Of a DNA stretch of 27,310 nucleotides, positions 1-8,190 are shown piece after piece. The notes under the pieces were generated by a model. It made no database searches. It was not told the origin of the DNA and worked only from the letters and a program-made list of their open reading frames with translations. Position numbers and translations under genes: made by a program. Source of the DNA: Syntrophobacterales bacterium (GTDB lineage Bacteria; Desulfobacterota; Syntrophobacteria; BM002); NCBI GenBank assembly GCA_050118775.1, contig JASFKF010000001.1:1-27310 (forward strand), in the 5' to 3' direction. Positions within the stretch are counted from its first letter, which is position 1. Every line of letters begins with the position of its first letter.

Positions 1-510
1 TGCGGGATAAAGTTTGTCCTCAACGACTAAAGTCTCCTTTCTGGTCTCGCCTCTTGATCTCACCTCCACCTCGAGTATGCCATTGGTGAGCTTGCCAGTT
101 AACTTTAATTTGTTACCGTCCAAATCGTAATCATAGACAAAATGTCTAAGAGTGAGATCATTCGCCACCCTATCGAAAGACCTGAAATTAACCTTTTTGT
201 CGAACATGAGGAAACGAAAGTGAAGCACTGCCTCGGACCTTATATCAAACTCCTTTTCACTATCTTGTGCAGGGGAGAGAGAAAAATGGGTGAAACCAAT
301 CTTGGCTCCGTTAAAAACAACTCCGGACCAATACTCCTCGAAGGGCCACTCGGCCAGGGAATATTGGACCGGCTCTGGCGGCGGCTCGCTCGCCTTGCGG
401 AAGTACATCCAGGCGCAACCACTTTGCATAAGCAGGAGCAAAATTAAAAGCAAATAGCAGCATCGCCCAAATTTTATTGTCCGCGCAAATCGGCAGCAAG
501 ATGGTTTCAT
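1..510 (-). CDS. Probable lipoprotein, truncated at the window edge (3' part missing); N-terminus resembles transglutaminase-like domain lipoproteins
   Basis: Manual translation from ATG at 510 stays open to position 1: MKPSCCRFARTIKFGRCCYLLLILLLLMQSGCAWMYFRK...EEYWSGVVFNGAKIGFTHFSL...DKLYPA. It has a hydrophobic stretch plus a lipobox-like QSGC. Absent from the ORF track because the stop lies outside the window. The transglutaminase association is recalled, not seen here. Confidence 0.75.
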   Translation of the reverse strand, partial: MKPSCCRFARTIKFGRCCYLLLILLLLMQSGCAWMYFRKASEPPPEPVQYSLAEWPFEEYWSGVVFNGAKIGFTHFSLSPAQDSEKEFDIRSEAVLHFRFLMFDKKVNFRSFDRVANDLTLRHFVYDYDLDGNKLKLTGKLTNGILEVEVRSRGETRKETLVVEDKLYPA

Positions 511-697
511 TTTCACACCAGCTATATACTCAACTTCGGTCTAAACCAATAGTTAAGCTATTCTAGCCTGTTTGGGCTTATTATTCTATTTCTTCTTGCC
601 TTAGGACCTCCCCTTGTCCTAAGGTAGCCGCAGGACCAATGGCCAACAGATGACCATCCAAGCAAATTCCGGATGAATCTTAAAAAATGGAGAACCT

Positions 698-997
698 ATG
701 AGTTTGCTCGTTGATTTTTCCATGTTTCCCCTGGACAAGGGCGAGAGCGTTAGCCCATACGTGGCCCGGTTAGTAAGAGTAATCAGAGAAAGCGGGCTGC
801 CACACAAGCTCGGCCCCATGGGCACCAGCATCGAAGGGGAATTCCACCAGGTTATGGCTGTAGTGACCCACTGCTTTGAAGAATTGAGCAAGGACTGTGA
901 CAGGGTGTATTTTGCCATCAAGGGTGACTACAGGAAAAAGGGTGAGGATCGAATCACCGCCAAGGTGGAGTCGGTGGAAGAGAAATTGGAGATTTAA
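698..997 (+). CDS. MTH1187/YkoF-like thiamine-binding protein (DUF77)
   Basis: 99 aa with family pattern FSMFPL..GESVSPYVAR...SGL.HKLGPMGTSIEGE...RVYFAIKGDYR...KVESVE; GGAG RBS upstream. Confidence 0.9.
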   Translation: MSLLVDFSMFPLDKGESVSPYVARLVRVIRESGLPHKLGPMGTSIEGEFHQVMAVVTHCFEELSKDCDRVYFAIKGDYRKKGEDRITAKVESVEEKLEI

Positions 998-1045
998 GAT
1001 TGCAGATTTGAGATGTGAGATGTGAGATCTGAGATGTGAAATATC
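997..1045. repeat. Heptamer tandem array, AGATGTG type (7 in-register units)
   Basis: agattgc agatttg agatgtg agatgtg agatctg agatgtg aaatatc, starting at the stop of the upstream gene. Confidence 0.9.
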
Positions 1046-1086
1046 GTTTACCATTTACGTATTGAACGAGTTCAACAATTTATCGG

Positions 1087-1117
1087 ACGCTATGCGCTAT
1101 GCTCTCTGCGCTATGCG
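1087..1117. repeat. Heptamer array, CTATGCG type
   Basis: acgctatgcgctatgctctctgcgctatgcg; 29/31 identical to 20302-20332. Confidence 0.9.
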
Positions 1118-1127
1118 AATCTCTACT

Positions 1128-1178
1128 GACTTCTGGATTCTGGATTCTGGATTCTTTGATTTTAGATTGCGGATTGAA
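1128..1178. repeat. Heptamer array, GGATTCT type, grading into agattgc/ggattga units
   Basis: gacttct ggattct ggattct ggattct ... agattgc ggattga. Confidence 0.85.
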
Positions 1179-1209
1179 GCTAACAATAAGCTGAAAGGGG
1201 GGAGTGAGC

Positions 1210-1782
1210 ATGAAAATGGTTTGTCTACTTGGTAGCCCCAGACCTAAAGGAAATAGTGCGGCCATGGCCGCGAAATTCTGCGAGACCGCCGAGAATTTAG
1301 GCGCTGAAGTTACCACCTTTGCCTTGAACAAGCTGAAATACCGTGGCTGTCAGGCCTGTATGACCTGCAAAACCAAGCTGGAAAAATGCGTACTCAAGGA
1401 CGACCTAGCAGAGGTCTTGGACGCCATCCGCGATGCCGAGGTGCTGGTGCTCGCCACTCCCATCTATTTCGCCGAGATCTCCAGTCAGCTAAAAACTTTC
1501 ATTGATCGAACCTTCTCATATCTGGTACCCGATTATCCGACCAACCCCAACCCATGCAGGCTCTCCCCGGGCAAGAAACTGGTTTTCATCGAGGCTCAGG
1601 GGCTCCCTGACGAAAGCGCGTTTGCAGACGTATTTCCCAGATACGATTTCATTTTCAAATGGTATGGATTCAGTGAAAGCTATCAGATTCGTGCCTGCGG
1701 AGTATTTAACAAAGGCGAGGTGGAGAGGCGGGAGGACATAATGAAATTGGCCGAAGAGACAGCCAGAAAGATCATGGCTTGA
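1210..1782 (+). CDS. Flavodoxin-family protein (iron-sulfur flavoprotein Isf / NADPH-dependent FMN reductase-like)
   Basis: LGSPRPKGNS FMN-binding loop, compact Cys motif CQACMTCKTKLEKC, ATPIYF and LKTFIDR. Start placed at ATG 1210 by GGAG spacing (track start 1204). Confidence 0.9.
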   Translation: MKMVCLLGSPRPKGNSAAMAAKFCETAENLGAEVTTFALNKLKYRGCQACMTCKTKLEKCVLKDDLAEVLDAIRDAEVLVLATPIYFAEISSQLKTFIDRTFSYLVPDYPTNPNPCRLSPGKKLVFIEAQGLPDESAFADVFPRYDFIFKWYGFSESYQIRACGVFNKGEVERREDIMKLAEETARKIMA

Positions 1783-1845
1783 GTGTCTTGGCGCCATTAC
1801 TCCGGCTCTTCGCTCTCAGTCCCTGCTGGCAGCTGCAAGCTGGTT

Positions 1846-1970
1846 CCTAACACCTGAAACCTAAATTCTTGAGTCTTGGTCTTTATTAATTAATTCTGTC
1901 TCCTTACTCCATGCCCCATGCTCCATGCCCTATGCCATATCGCACATCTCACATCTAGTTTTCCATTTGT
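1846..1970. repeat. Composite heptamer region (CACCTGA/AACCTGA, CCATGCY, CACATCT units)
   Basis: cctaacacctgaaacctaaa (1846-1865); ctccatg ccccatg ctccatg ccctatg ccatatc gcacatc tcacatc (1907-1955); then agttttccatttgtt, also found after the CACATCT array at 12852. Confidence 0.85.
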
Positions 1971-2356
1971 TTCATGAACTTAAAGATGTTTCATTGGGGT
2001 GGAATGAAATCTCGGGGCATTACAAACTATTAGATCCGAATCAAATTCACATCTTCTTTTGGGATCTTGAATTTCCTCGATGTTCTCATATTGGCAAGAG
2101 ATGTTGAGTCCTAGTCCTGCAAAATCAACCTAAATATTTTGTTAAGACCCTCCCCAGGCTTGAGTTTAAATGACTTGTCAATACTAACATTTAAACATCG
2201 CTATTCCTTTAACGAAAATTCCCCAGTCTTAAGACTATCAAACCCTCTTCAACCAGTTATGGTTACCGCTTAACACACAACGCTCCCCATCCTTTGCTGG
2301 TTCCCGTAGAGAGCGAGTTCTTATTATTTCACCCTATTTATTTTCTTTTGCAACGA

Positions 2357-2386
2357 TTGACTTAAAAGGCTGTTTCATCCTATACT
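2357..2386 (+). promoter_or_regulatory. Putative sigma70 promoter for the TerB-like gene
   Basis: TTGACT-N18-TATACT about 60 bp upstream of ATG 2448. Confidence 0.5.
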
Positions 2387-2447
2387 TCGCCCCTATCGAC
2401 GGGGAATACTGAACAGAAACGCCGTAGCCTAAGGGGAGGGAAAGACG

Positions 2448-3008
2448 ATGGATCCGAAGAAAATACTTGCAGATGCCCGAACTCTAGAGGAAGCTTTCTT
2501 CGCTAAGGATAACGCCCGACTGCTCGAGCAGATGCGGGAGAAAAAGCAACGTGAGGAGCTGCGTGAGGTAGTTCAGATCAAGGATGAAGCATTTCTCGAT
2601 CGGTTGATCGAGCTGGGGATCAATCCCGAGACGGTGCTGGCGTTGACACTCGTGCCGCTGACGGCAGTGGCCTGGGCCGACGGCATACTGGAGGATCGCG
2701 AGCGCGATGCAGTCATGAAGGCCGCCGAGGAGAAGGGGGTATCTCCGGGGACCGCCGGACACCAGCTGCTCGAAACGTGGCTTTCGCGCCGGCCTGACCC
2801 AGAGGTGTTTGAGATTTGGAAGAAATACGTCCGAGGTATCTGGATGACCTTCACCGACGATGAGCGTCGGCGGATGCGGGAGAGGATGCTCGATTGGGCG
2901 GTGGCAGTAGCCGAGTCGGCCGGTGGATTCCTTGGGCTGACCTCGAAGATTTCTCCGTCGGAGCGGGCAGTCATCAAGGAGTTGGAGAACGTGCTCAGGG
3001 TGTCCTAG
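2448..3008 (+). CDS. TerB-like domain protein with N-terminal coiled-coil
   Basis: 186 aa; AVAWADG..EDRER and VAESAGGFLG...ISPSE motifs typical of TerB-fold proteins; GGGAGG RBS; noticeably GC-rich. Confidence 0.75.
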   Translation: MDPKKILADARTLEEAFFAKDNARLLEQMREKKQREELREVVQIKDEAFLDRLIELGINPETVLALTLVPLTAVAWADGILEDRERDAVMKAAEEKGVSPGTAGHQLLETWLSRRPDPEVFEIWKKYVRGIWMTFTDDERRRMRERMLDWAVAVAESAGGFLGLTSKISPSERAVIKELENVLRVS

Positions 3009-3114
3009 CAGCCTCGCCTTGCCACACGCAACGGTGCTTCAGCAGATAGTTATTATACTCCAGACTTCTCCTCCTGAGACCAAGTTACAATATCTTGGTT
3101 TAAACTAAGAAAAT

Positions 3115-3139
3115 GCGGAGTCCTTGGCTCCGCTTTTTT
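3115..3139 (+). terminator. Rho-independent terminator
   Basis: GCGGAG-tccttgg-CTCCGC followed by TTTTTT. Confidence 0.65.
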
Positions 3140-3603
3140 GTTATCAAGATCTTGTGCCTGATCAAATCCAAGGGAAGCGTGAAGGATGTAATACAAACTT
3201 CGATAATGATCGAAATGCCTTTACATCTTTGGGTTACTTCGTGTTTGTCAGGTGAAGGATGCTTATCCTCCGTGGTATCCCCAGGTGCTACAGCTATGGC
3301 TCCTATCGAATGAGTAAGCCCTAACGTTACAAACCTGTGCCGTTAGCGTAAAGACGTGATCTCTAGAACAGAGAATCAGGCATGCATTCAAAAACATTGT
3401 GACCAAACCATCAACGACCACGTATATGATATAGCTCATCCGATTCAAAATGTGAAACGAACGATACAGATGTGCTGATTTGTTAGGTCCAATCAAATCT
3501 ATTTGCCATAGAGCAGAAAGGGAGGAGAAATCACAAGCAAAGCTGTTGGTTAATTCTGGCTAGTCTAATCTAATGCGAAAAATAAGAGACGGAGGGTGTA
3601 TTT

Positions 3604-4011
3604 ATGAAGCTATTGCGTATGAGTTTGGTTCTTGCTTGTGTTCTCGCTGCTACACTATGTTGGCTTCTCTATCCTGCTGCCGCGCTCAGCGCTGACATTC
3701 AGATCGATGTTGCGCCGAACGTCCTAAACATACAAAGTGAAGGCGTAATTGTGACGGTTCATACGGATATTGCCTACAGTGCAGTGGAAGGAGCGAGCGT
3801 ATATCTCAACGGTGTTGCAATCAAATACTGGAAGGCAGATGCACGGGGCAACTTTGTGGCTAAGTTCGATATGGATGAGATAAAGACCTTAGACGGCTTG
3901 ATAATAGATGACTACAATACGCTCGTGTTGAATGGATACACCACTGATGGTGATACATTTATAGGTGAGCAGGATATTAGGGTCATCGACATTATCCCTA
4001 AAGGGAGTTAA
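3604..4011 (+). CDS. Exported beta-rich hypothetical protein
   Basis: 135 aa; signal peptide (…AAALSA/D); mature part IDVAPNVLNIQSEG.IVTVH…FVAKFD…GEQDIRVI; GGAGG RBS. Confidence 0.85.
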   Translation: MKLLRMSLVLACVLAATLCWLLYPAAALSADIQIDVAPNVLNIQSEGVIVTVHTDIAYSAVEGASVYLNGVAIKYWKADARGNFVAKFDMDEIKTLDGLIIDDYNTLVLNGYTTDGDTFIGEQDIRVIDIIPKGS

Positions 4012-4046
4012 TACGCAAAGCGTAAATTGAGTTGAATATCCTATAA

Positions 4047-4080
4047 AAGGCAGGGTTGAGAATCACTCTGCCTTGTTGTT
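4047..4080 (+). terminator. Probable terminator of the 3604-4011 gene
   Basis: aaggcagggt…actctgcctt stem (one G-U pair) followed by gttgttt. Confidence 0.55.
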
Positions 4081-4370
4081 TCGGAAGATGTGTATTGCAT
4101 ACTTTAATCCCCACTCTATCCTTCGAGAGTCCGCTACCAAATATAGTAGTTGTCTCTAAATGTCGGATATAAACATAGCTGCTATAGCTGTTGAGTATTA
4201 CAAAGACGAAATTCTTAACATCTCCAAACCTTATCTGCAAAATCTAACGGCTTACGATTATTCCCGTGCTGCCTTCACTAGTAAAAGATCCCATCTTTGA
4301 TTGATTTGCTGTATTCAGTCTCAGCAATTGTTGTAGACCTAAGCAACTACAGGACTACTACAAAAACAAG

Positions 4371-4396
4371 AAAAGGCCCCTTTCGAGGGGCCTTTT
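4371..4396. terminator. Strong bidirectional rho-independent terminator
   Basis: Perfect 11-bp stem aaaaggcccct-TTCG-aggggcctttt, extendable with caaaaac/gtttttg. Confidence 0.8.
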
Positions 4397-4863
4397 GTTT
4401 TTGGTCCTTTGATGACTTTCGATTCAAAGGTTAAGCTTCATTGCTTGTCCATTTTTTGACCGTTATCCAGATGGGGTTACATTTCTCATCATCGAGAGAC
4501 ATTCAGAGAGCTTTAGATATGCTCCTCATACCTTCAATCCTCGCCAAGTTTAGGTATTGGCAAGAGATAGAAACTTGCCGTTTCCAGAGACTTATCACCA
4601 TATCTTGTCCGAGCATTCGTAAATACCCTTTCGACGGTAGAGATATTATCTGCAATCTTCTAGTGGTTTAGATCAATTCGTCACAAGCATCATTTTGCAC
4701 CTGCCTTTTGCAAGCTGGAATGTGTCTCCCCGATTTGAGTAATCGATACATTCTTCTGCTAACTACCGCTTTTAGATGTATTGTTTGGGTACAAGATCAT
4801 CCCTTGCCCCAACGCACAATAACTCCGGAAAGACCGTTATGAGCAATCTTAATGAAAAACATC

Positions 4864-4926
4864 TTGACAAAATTTCAGCATCATGAAACATTAGTATTAA
4901 ACTGCTGTTTAAATCTTATGTTTTAA
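4864..4926 (+). promoter_or_regulatory. TetR promoter region with palindromic operator
   Basis: TTGACA at 4864-4869; palindrome TTAAAC-tgct-GTTTAA at 4897-4912; weaker overlapping ttaaa…tttaa up to 4926, just upstream of the TetR start. Confidence 0.6.
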
Positions 4927-4946
4927 CTCAGGCAAAAGGGTAATAT

Positions 4947-5699
4947 ATGTCTGCTTCAGTGAAAGAAAACACCAAGAAAAAGCTGTTGTGTGCGGCCATT
5001 AAGGTCTTTGCCGACAAGGGGTTCGATAGCGCAACGGTTAGGGATATTTGCTTCCAGGTTGGTGCGAATGTGGCTGCGGTGAATTATTACTTCGGAGGCA
5101 AAGAGAGCCTTTACAGGTCCATCCTCGAAATGATGTTTAAAAAAGGCCAGGAGTTTAGGCGTGAGGAGGAATCCAGGCAGCAGGAGGGCCAGAGCCCTGA
5201 CGAAAGGTTGCGCCACTATATTGAGAGAGTCTGCCGGTGGACCTTCGGCGTGAGTGAACAAGACCCCAGCTCATGCGATGAGATGCTTAGTGATCAAGAC
5301 ACCTCTAGCTTTAATGAGCTTCTGGTTGATCTGCGCAAGATTTTCCTGAGGGAAATGACCCGTGCCACCACCCCAGAACTGGATGAAAAGGTCTACCAGC
5401 TTCTCCGTGACGACACCGACGAGATCCGCTCCATCATTCGGGAAATCATTGGCCATGATGCTCCTGAAGACGTGGTTCGGGATTGCGACTGCTCCATTAT
5501 CGGCCAGATCCTGTATTACGACACCCACTGGTCTGTCCACCTCCGCCTCAACCCTGACCGTCCTGGCATGCAGGAGTATCTGGGGCAACTGGTCGATCAC
5601 ATAACCCGCTTTTCCTTGGCGGGACTAGAGGCAACAAGAAAGGCACTTGAGGCTACCAAGATTCCTTTGGCCCCCCTTGATCGAAAAGAATCAAAATGA
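4947..5699 (+). CDS. TetR/AcrR-family regulator with CerR (DUF1956)-like C-terminal domain
   Basis: HTH: AAIKVFADKGFDSATVRDIC..VGANVAAVNYYFGGKESLY; C-terminal CSIIGQILYY…HITRFSLAGL. Confidence 0.9.
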   Translation: MSASVKENTKKKLLCAAIKVFADKGFDSATVRDICFQVGANVAAVNYYFGGKESLYRSILEMMFKKGQEFRREEESRQQEGQSPDERLRHYIERVCRWTFGVSEQDPSSCDEMLSDQDTSSFNELLVDLRKIFLREMTRATTPELDEKVYQLLRDDTDEIRSIIREIIGHDAPEDVVRDCDCSIIGQILYYDTHWSVHLRLNPDRPGMQEYLGQLVDHITRFSLAGLEATRKALEATKIPLAPLDRKESK

Positions 5700-5729
5700 C
5701 ACCCTAATTGACACTGAAAAGGAGATACG

Positions 5730-6422
5730 ATGAAGCGACTACTCTCTAAAGACGATTTTTTGGCCTCACTCTCATTAATTTTCCTCGCCCTGTCCATGAT
5801 AGGTTCTGTGTCACCAGCTTCTGCAAGGCAAGTATCATATGATATGCCCACCAATATTAATTCCTCGGCAGAATACCTCCTCTTTGTCCACAATTATTAC
5901 GTGGAAAAAAACGGTCCGGATGGGGCGTGTAAATACTACGACCTTCTGAATGCTTTTGCAGACAGTGGTTTTACCGTGATAAGCGAGATCCGGTCTGGAG
6001 AAATCATCCCCTGTGTATATGCAGAGAAAATTGTAGGTCAAATCAGGACCCTTCTGGATGCGGGCGTCCCACCCGATAACATCACGGTCGCAGGGCATTC
6101 AAAAGGTAGTGTCATCGCTCTTTGCGTTGCTTCAAAAGTAGGAAACCCCAAAGTCAACTTCGTTGTAATGGCAGGCTGTGAAATAAAACCGCTCTTGGAT
6201 GTATACCCAGATTACAGAACCCTCAAAGGTCGTTTTCTCTCAATCTATGCCTCTTCCGATTCAGTTGCTAGCAGCTGCAACATAGTCTTCTCGCTGGCTT
6301 CAGAGGGTTTCTCGAGCACTGAAATAAGATTGGAAAGCGAAGGTGGTCATGCACTTTTCTTCAAGCCCGAAAAAATATGGCTTACTCCTGTAATGAACTG
6401 GATTGGAAAAACACAACCTTAG
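5730..6422 (+). CDS. Secreted alpha/beta hydrolase
   Basis: Signal peptide; nucleophile elbow GHSKG; candidate Asp (ASSD) and His (GGHALF). Confidence 0.85.
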   Translation: MKRLLSKDDFLASLSLIFLALSMIGSVSPASARQVSYDMPTNINSSAEYLLFVHNYYVEKNGPDGACKYYDLLNAFADSGFTVISEIRSGEIIPCVYAEKIVGQIRTLLDAGVPPDNITVAGHSKGSVIALCVASKVGNPKVNFVVMAGCEIKPLLDVYPDYRTLKGRFLSIYASSDSVASSCNIVFSLASEGFSSTEIRLESEGGHALFFKPEKIWLTPVMNWIGKTQP

Positions 6423-6452
6423 TTCGGATCATTGAATTTAGAGCATCACTCA

Positions 6453-6567
6453 CCCACATTGGAGATTTTTTTAATCATAAGTCAGCAGCCATATTTATAA
6501 AGAACTGCATTCGACCACTTTTCTGTCGATTTATAGGACCATGTGTTGTTCTATTAAGGCCGAAAAA
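6453..6567 (+). repeat. Diverged intergenic duplicate, copy A (copy B at 8064-8175)
   Basis: 6515-6567 vs 8123-8175: 41/53 ungapped identity including exact tgttgttctattaa; weaker similarity continues upstream. Confidence 0.75.
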
Positions 6568-6687
6568 ATGAAATATGTATATCCTGAAGAAAACAAAAAG
6601 CTTCAATTCCAGCTCAAGTTGTTTATTTTAACTATTTTCGCTTTTATATCACTGAGGCAATTCGCATGTGAAGGGATCAGACAATGA
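6568..6687 (+). CDS. Possible 39-aa small hydrophobic ORF
   Basis: MKYVYPEENKKLQFQLKLFILTIFAFISLRQFACEGIRQ*; ATGA overlap with the next gene; no clear RBS. Confidence 0.25.
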   Translation: MKYVYPEENKKLQFQLKLFILTIFAFISLRQFACEGIRQ

Positions 6688-7805
6688 GACTACTGATTAT
6701 CTTCACACTGATATCGGTGACGATCTCATTCCTGGGGGCTCCGTTGCCCCTGTCGGCATGTACGGCTTTTTATCTTAAAGAAGGGTCGTTTCAGATACTG
6801 GGCAAGAATTTAGATTGGTACTTCGAGGAGGGCTTGATATATGTCAACAAGCGACAAACCAGCAAAGATGCCCTGATGATTGATCCATCCAAGCACGGGC
6901 AACCTGCCCGCTGGACAGCTCGTTACGGCAGCGTCACATTTAACCAGCATGGCAGGGAAATGCCCTTGGGAGGTATGAATGAAAAAGGCTTGGTGGTGGA
7001 AGCCCTGTTTCTTGGCGAGACCCGCTATCCGGCACGGGACCATCGACCGACCTTGCGAGGTCTGCAATGGGTTCAGTATCAACTTGATATGCACCGTACC
7101 GTTGAGGAAGTGATTGCCAGCGATGCCCAAATCAGAATCCGACCGTCCAGATCCCCAGGTCATCATTACCTGGTGGCGGACCGCAGTGGAGATTGCGCCA
7201 CTATTGAGTTTATCAACGGTGTGATGGAATACCACCGGGGTGACCTCCTTTCTGTTAGGGCCCTGACCAACACCACCTATGCCAAATCACTGCGTTACTG
7301 GCATAGGGGGCGGCCTCCAGTGTTCGACACCTACGATTCAGTCTGGCGCTTTATAAGGGTTGGTAGAAAGCTACAGGATTACGATCCAGCCCTTCCGGCG
7401 GTTGATTATGCCTTCAAAATACTGACTGCGGTGGCTCAGGCTGAATTAACTCGTTGGAGTATCGTCTATGATATCAAAAACCAGTGTATCCATTTTCTCA
7501 CGCGGGGGCATCGATTGATCCGGTATTTTGATTTGAATACTTTTGATTTCAGCTGTGCCACGCAAGTCAAGCAACTCGACATGCAGGCCCTCCTAGCAGG
7601 GGATGTTTCTCGGCGATTCGATGACTACGATTACCTGGTAAATCGCGATCTGATCACTAAGATATATCGAAATAGCCCGTACATGAGGGATTTCCCCGCC
7701 GAGGTCTTGGAAGCCATGGCACGTCAACCATTAGATCTTCCCTGCGATCCGGGCATCTCTGATGCGTTCCCCAATAGTGATTTGGGGTCAGACCAGGCGA
7801 AGTAA
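6684..7805 (+). CDS. Linear amide C-N hydrolase (choloylglycine hydrolase / penicillin V acylase family, Ntn hydrolase), secreted
   Basis: Signal peptide ending LSA then catalytic N-terminal Cys (CTAF); GKNLDW, GGMNEKGL, H(Y)LVADRSG, LTN motifs. Confidence 0.92.
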   Translation: MRLLIIFTLISVTISFLGAPLPLSACTAFYLKEGSFQILGKNLDWYFEEGLIYVNKRQTSKDALMIDPSKHGQPARWTARYGSVTFNQHGREMPLGGMNEKGLVVEALFLGETRYPARDHRPTLRGLQWVQYQLDMHRTVEEVIASDAQIRIRPSRSPGHHYLVADRSGDCATIEFINGVMEYHRGDLLSVRALTNTTYAKSLRYWHRGRPPVFDTYDSVWRFIRVGRKLQDYDPALPAVDYAFKILTAVAQAELTRWSIVYDIKNQCIHFLTRGHRLIRYFDLNTFDFSCATQVKQLDMQALLAGDVSRRFDDYDYLVNRDLITKIYRNSPYMRDFPAEVLEAMARQPLDLPCDPGISDAFPNSDLGSDQAK

Positions 7806-7838
7806 AGGCAAAGGGCTCAAGGCACATGGCAATGCAAA
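7806..7838. repeat. Degenerate heptamer array (AAGGCAC type)
   Basis: aaggcaa agggctc aaggcac atggcaa tgc directly after the stop codon. Confidence 0.45.
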
Positions 7839-8063
7839 GCACGATGAACGTGAGGCAGGCGCTATCCTCATTATGTCTTGTTATGATTGGTGGTCGAGCC
7901 CAGCTAGGATATTGATATAGTATAATTTATTCTCCAAAATTGCCGTTCCCTTGACTCTTATACAGAATCGCTCAATGGTTTATACTTTGTTGCCGTCATA
8001 GGGTCAGAAGGTACCTTATCTCGGCACCTTGCCAGCCAATGAGAGAGAAAAAGAACATTTATT

Positions 8064-8175
8064 CCCCAAATGGGTGATATTTTTCATTCAGATGTAAACA
8101 AGTCATGAAGAAATCTACTACGCTACTTTTCCATCCATTTAGGGGAACGTTTGTTGTTCTATTAAAGCCTGAAAA
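8064..8175 (+). repeat. Diverged intergenic duplicate, copy B
   Basis: See 6453-6567; this copy runs directly into the AGGAGG RBS of the DUF3786 gene. Confidence 0.75.
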
Positions 8176-8190
8176 TAGGAGGAACACCGC

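Noticed and set aside
770-1331. ORFs 770-1054 (-), 1080-1331 (-), 1925-2107 (+) and 16316-16588 (+) with SHISHL/KSQIRN-like repeats
   Set aside because: They are translations of heptamer arrays or antisense shadows of real genes, with no RBS or family signal.
3141-3200. ttatcaaga resembling the SAM-I riboswitch 5' end
   Set aside because: The downstream GGAGGGA..GGCCC and GCAACC core is absent.
3325-3355. ctaacg…cgttag as an integron attC site
   Set aside because: Too short, R boxes do not fit RYYYAAC/GTTRRRY, and there is no integrase or cassette array.
3113-3496. Short ORFs 3113-3313 (+) and 3263-3496 (-), also 3998-4240 (-) and 4441-4671 (+)
   Set aside because: No recognisable motifs or RBS, and they overlap terminators; decayed gene remnants cannot be excluded.
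4012-4024. acgcaaagc resembling the c-di-GMP-I (GEMM) riboswitch
   Set aside because: It is a simple tacgc-aaa-gcgta hairpin; the GGCAAAC/GAAA tetraloop P2 element is missing.
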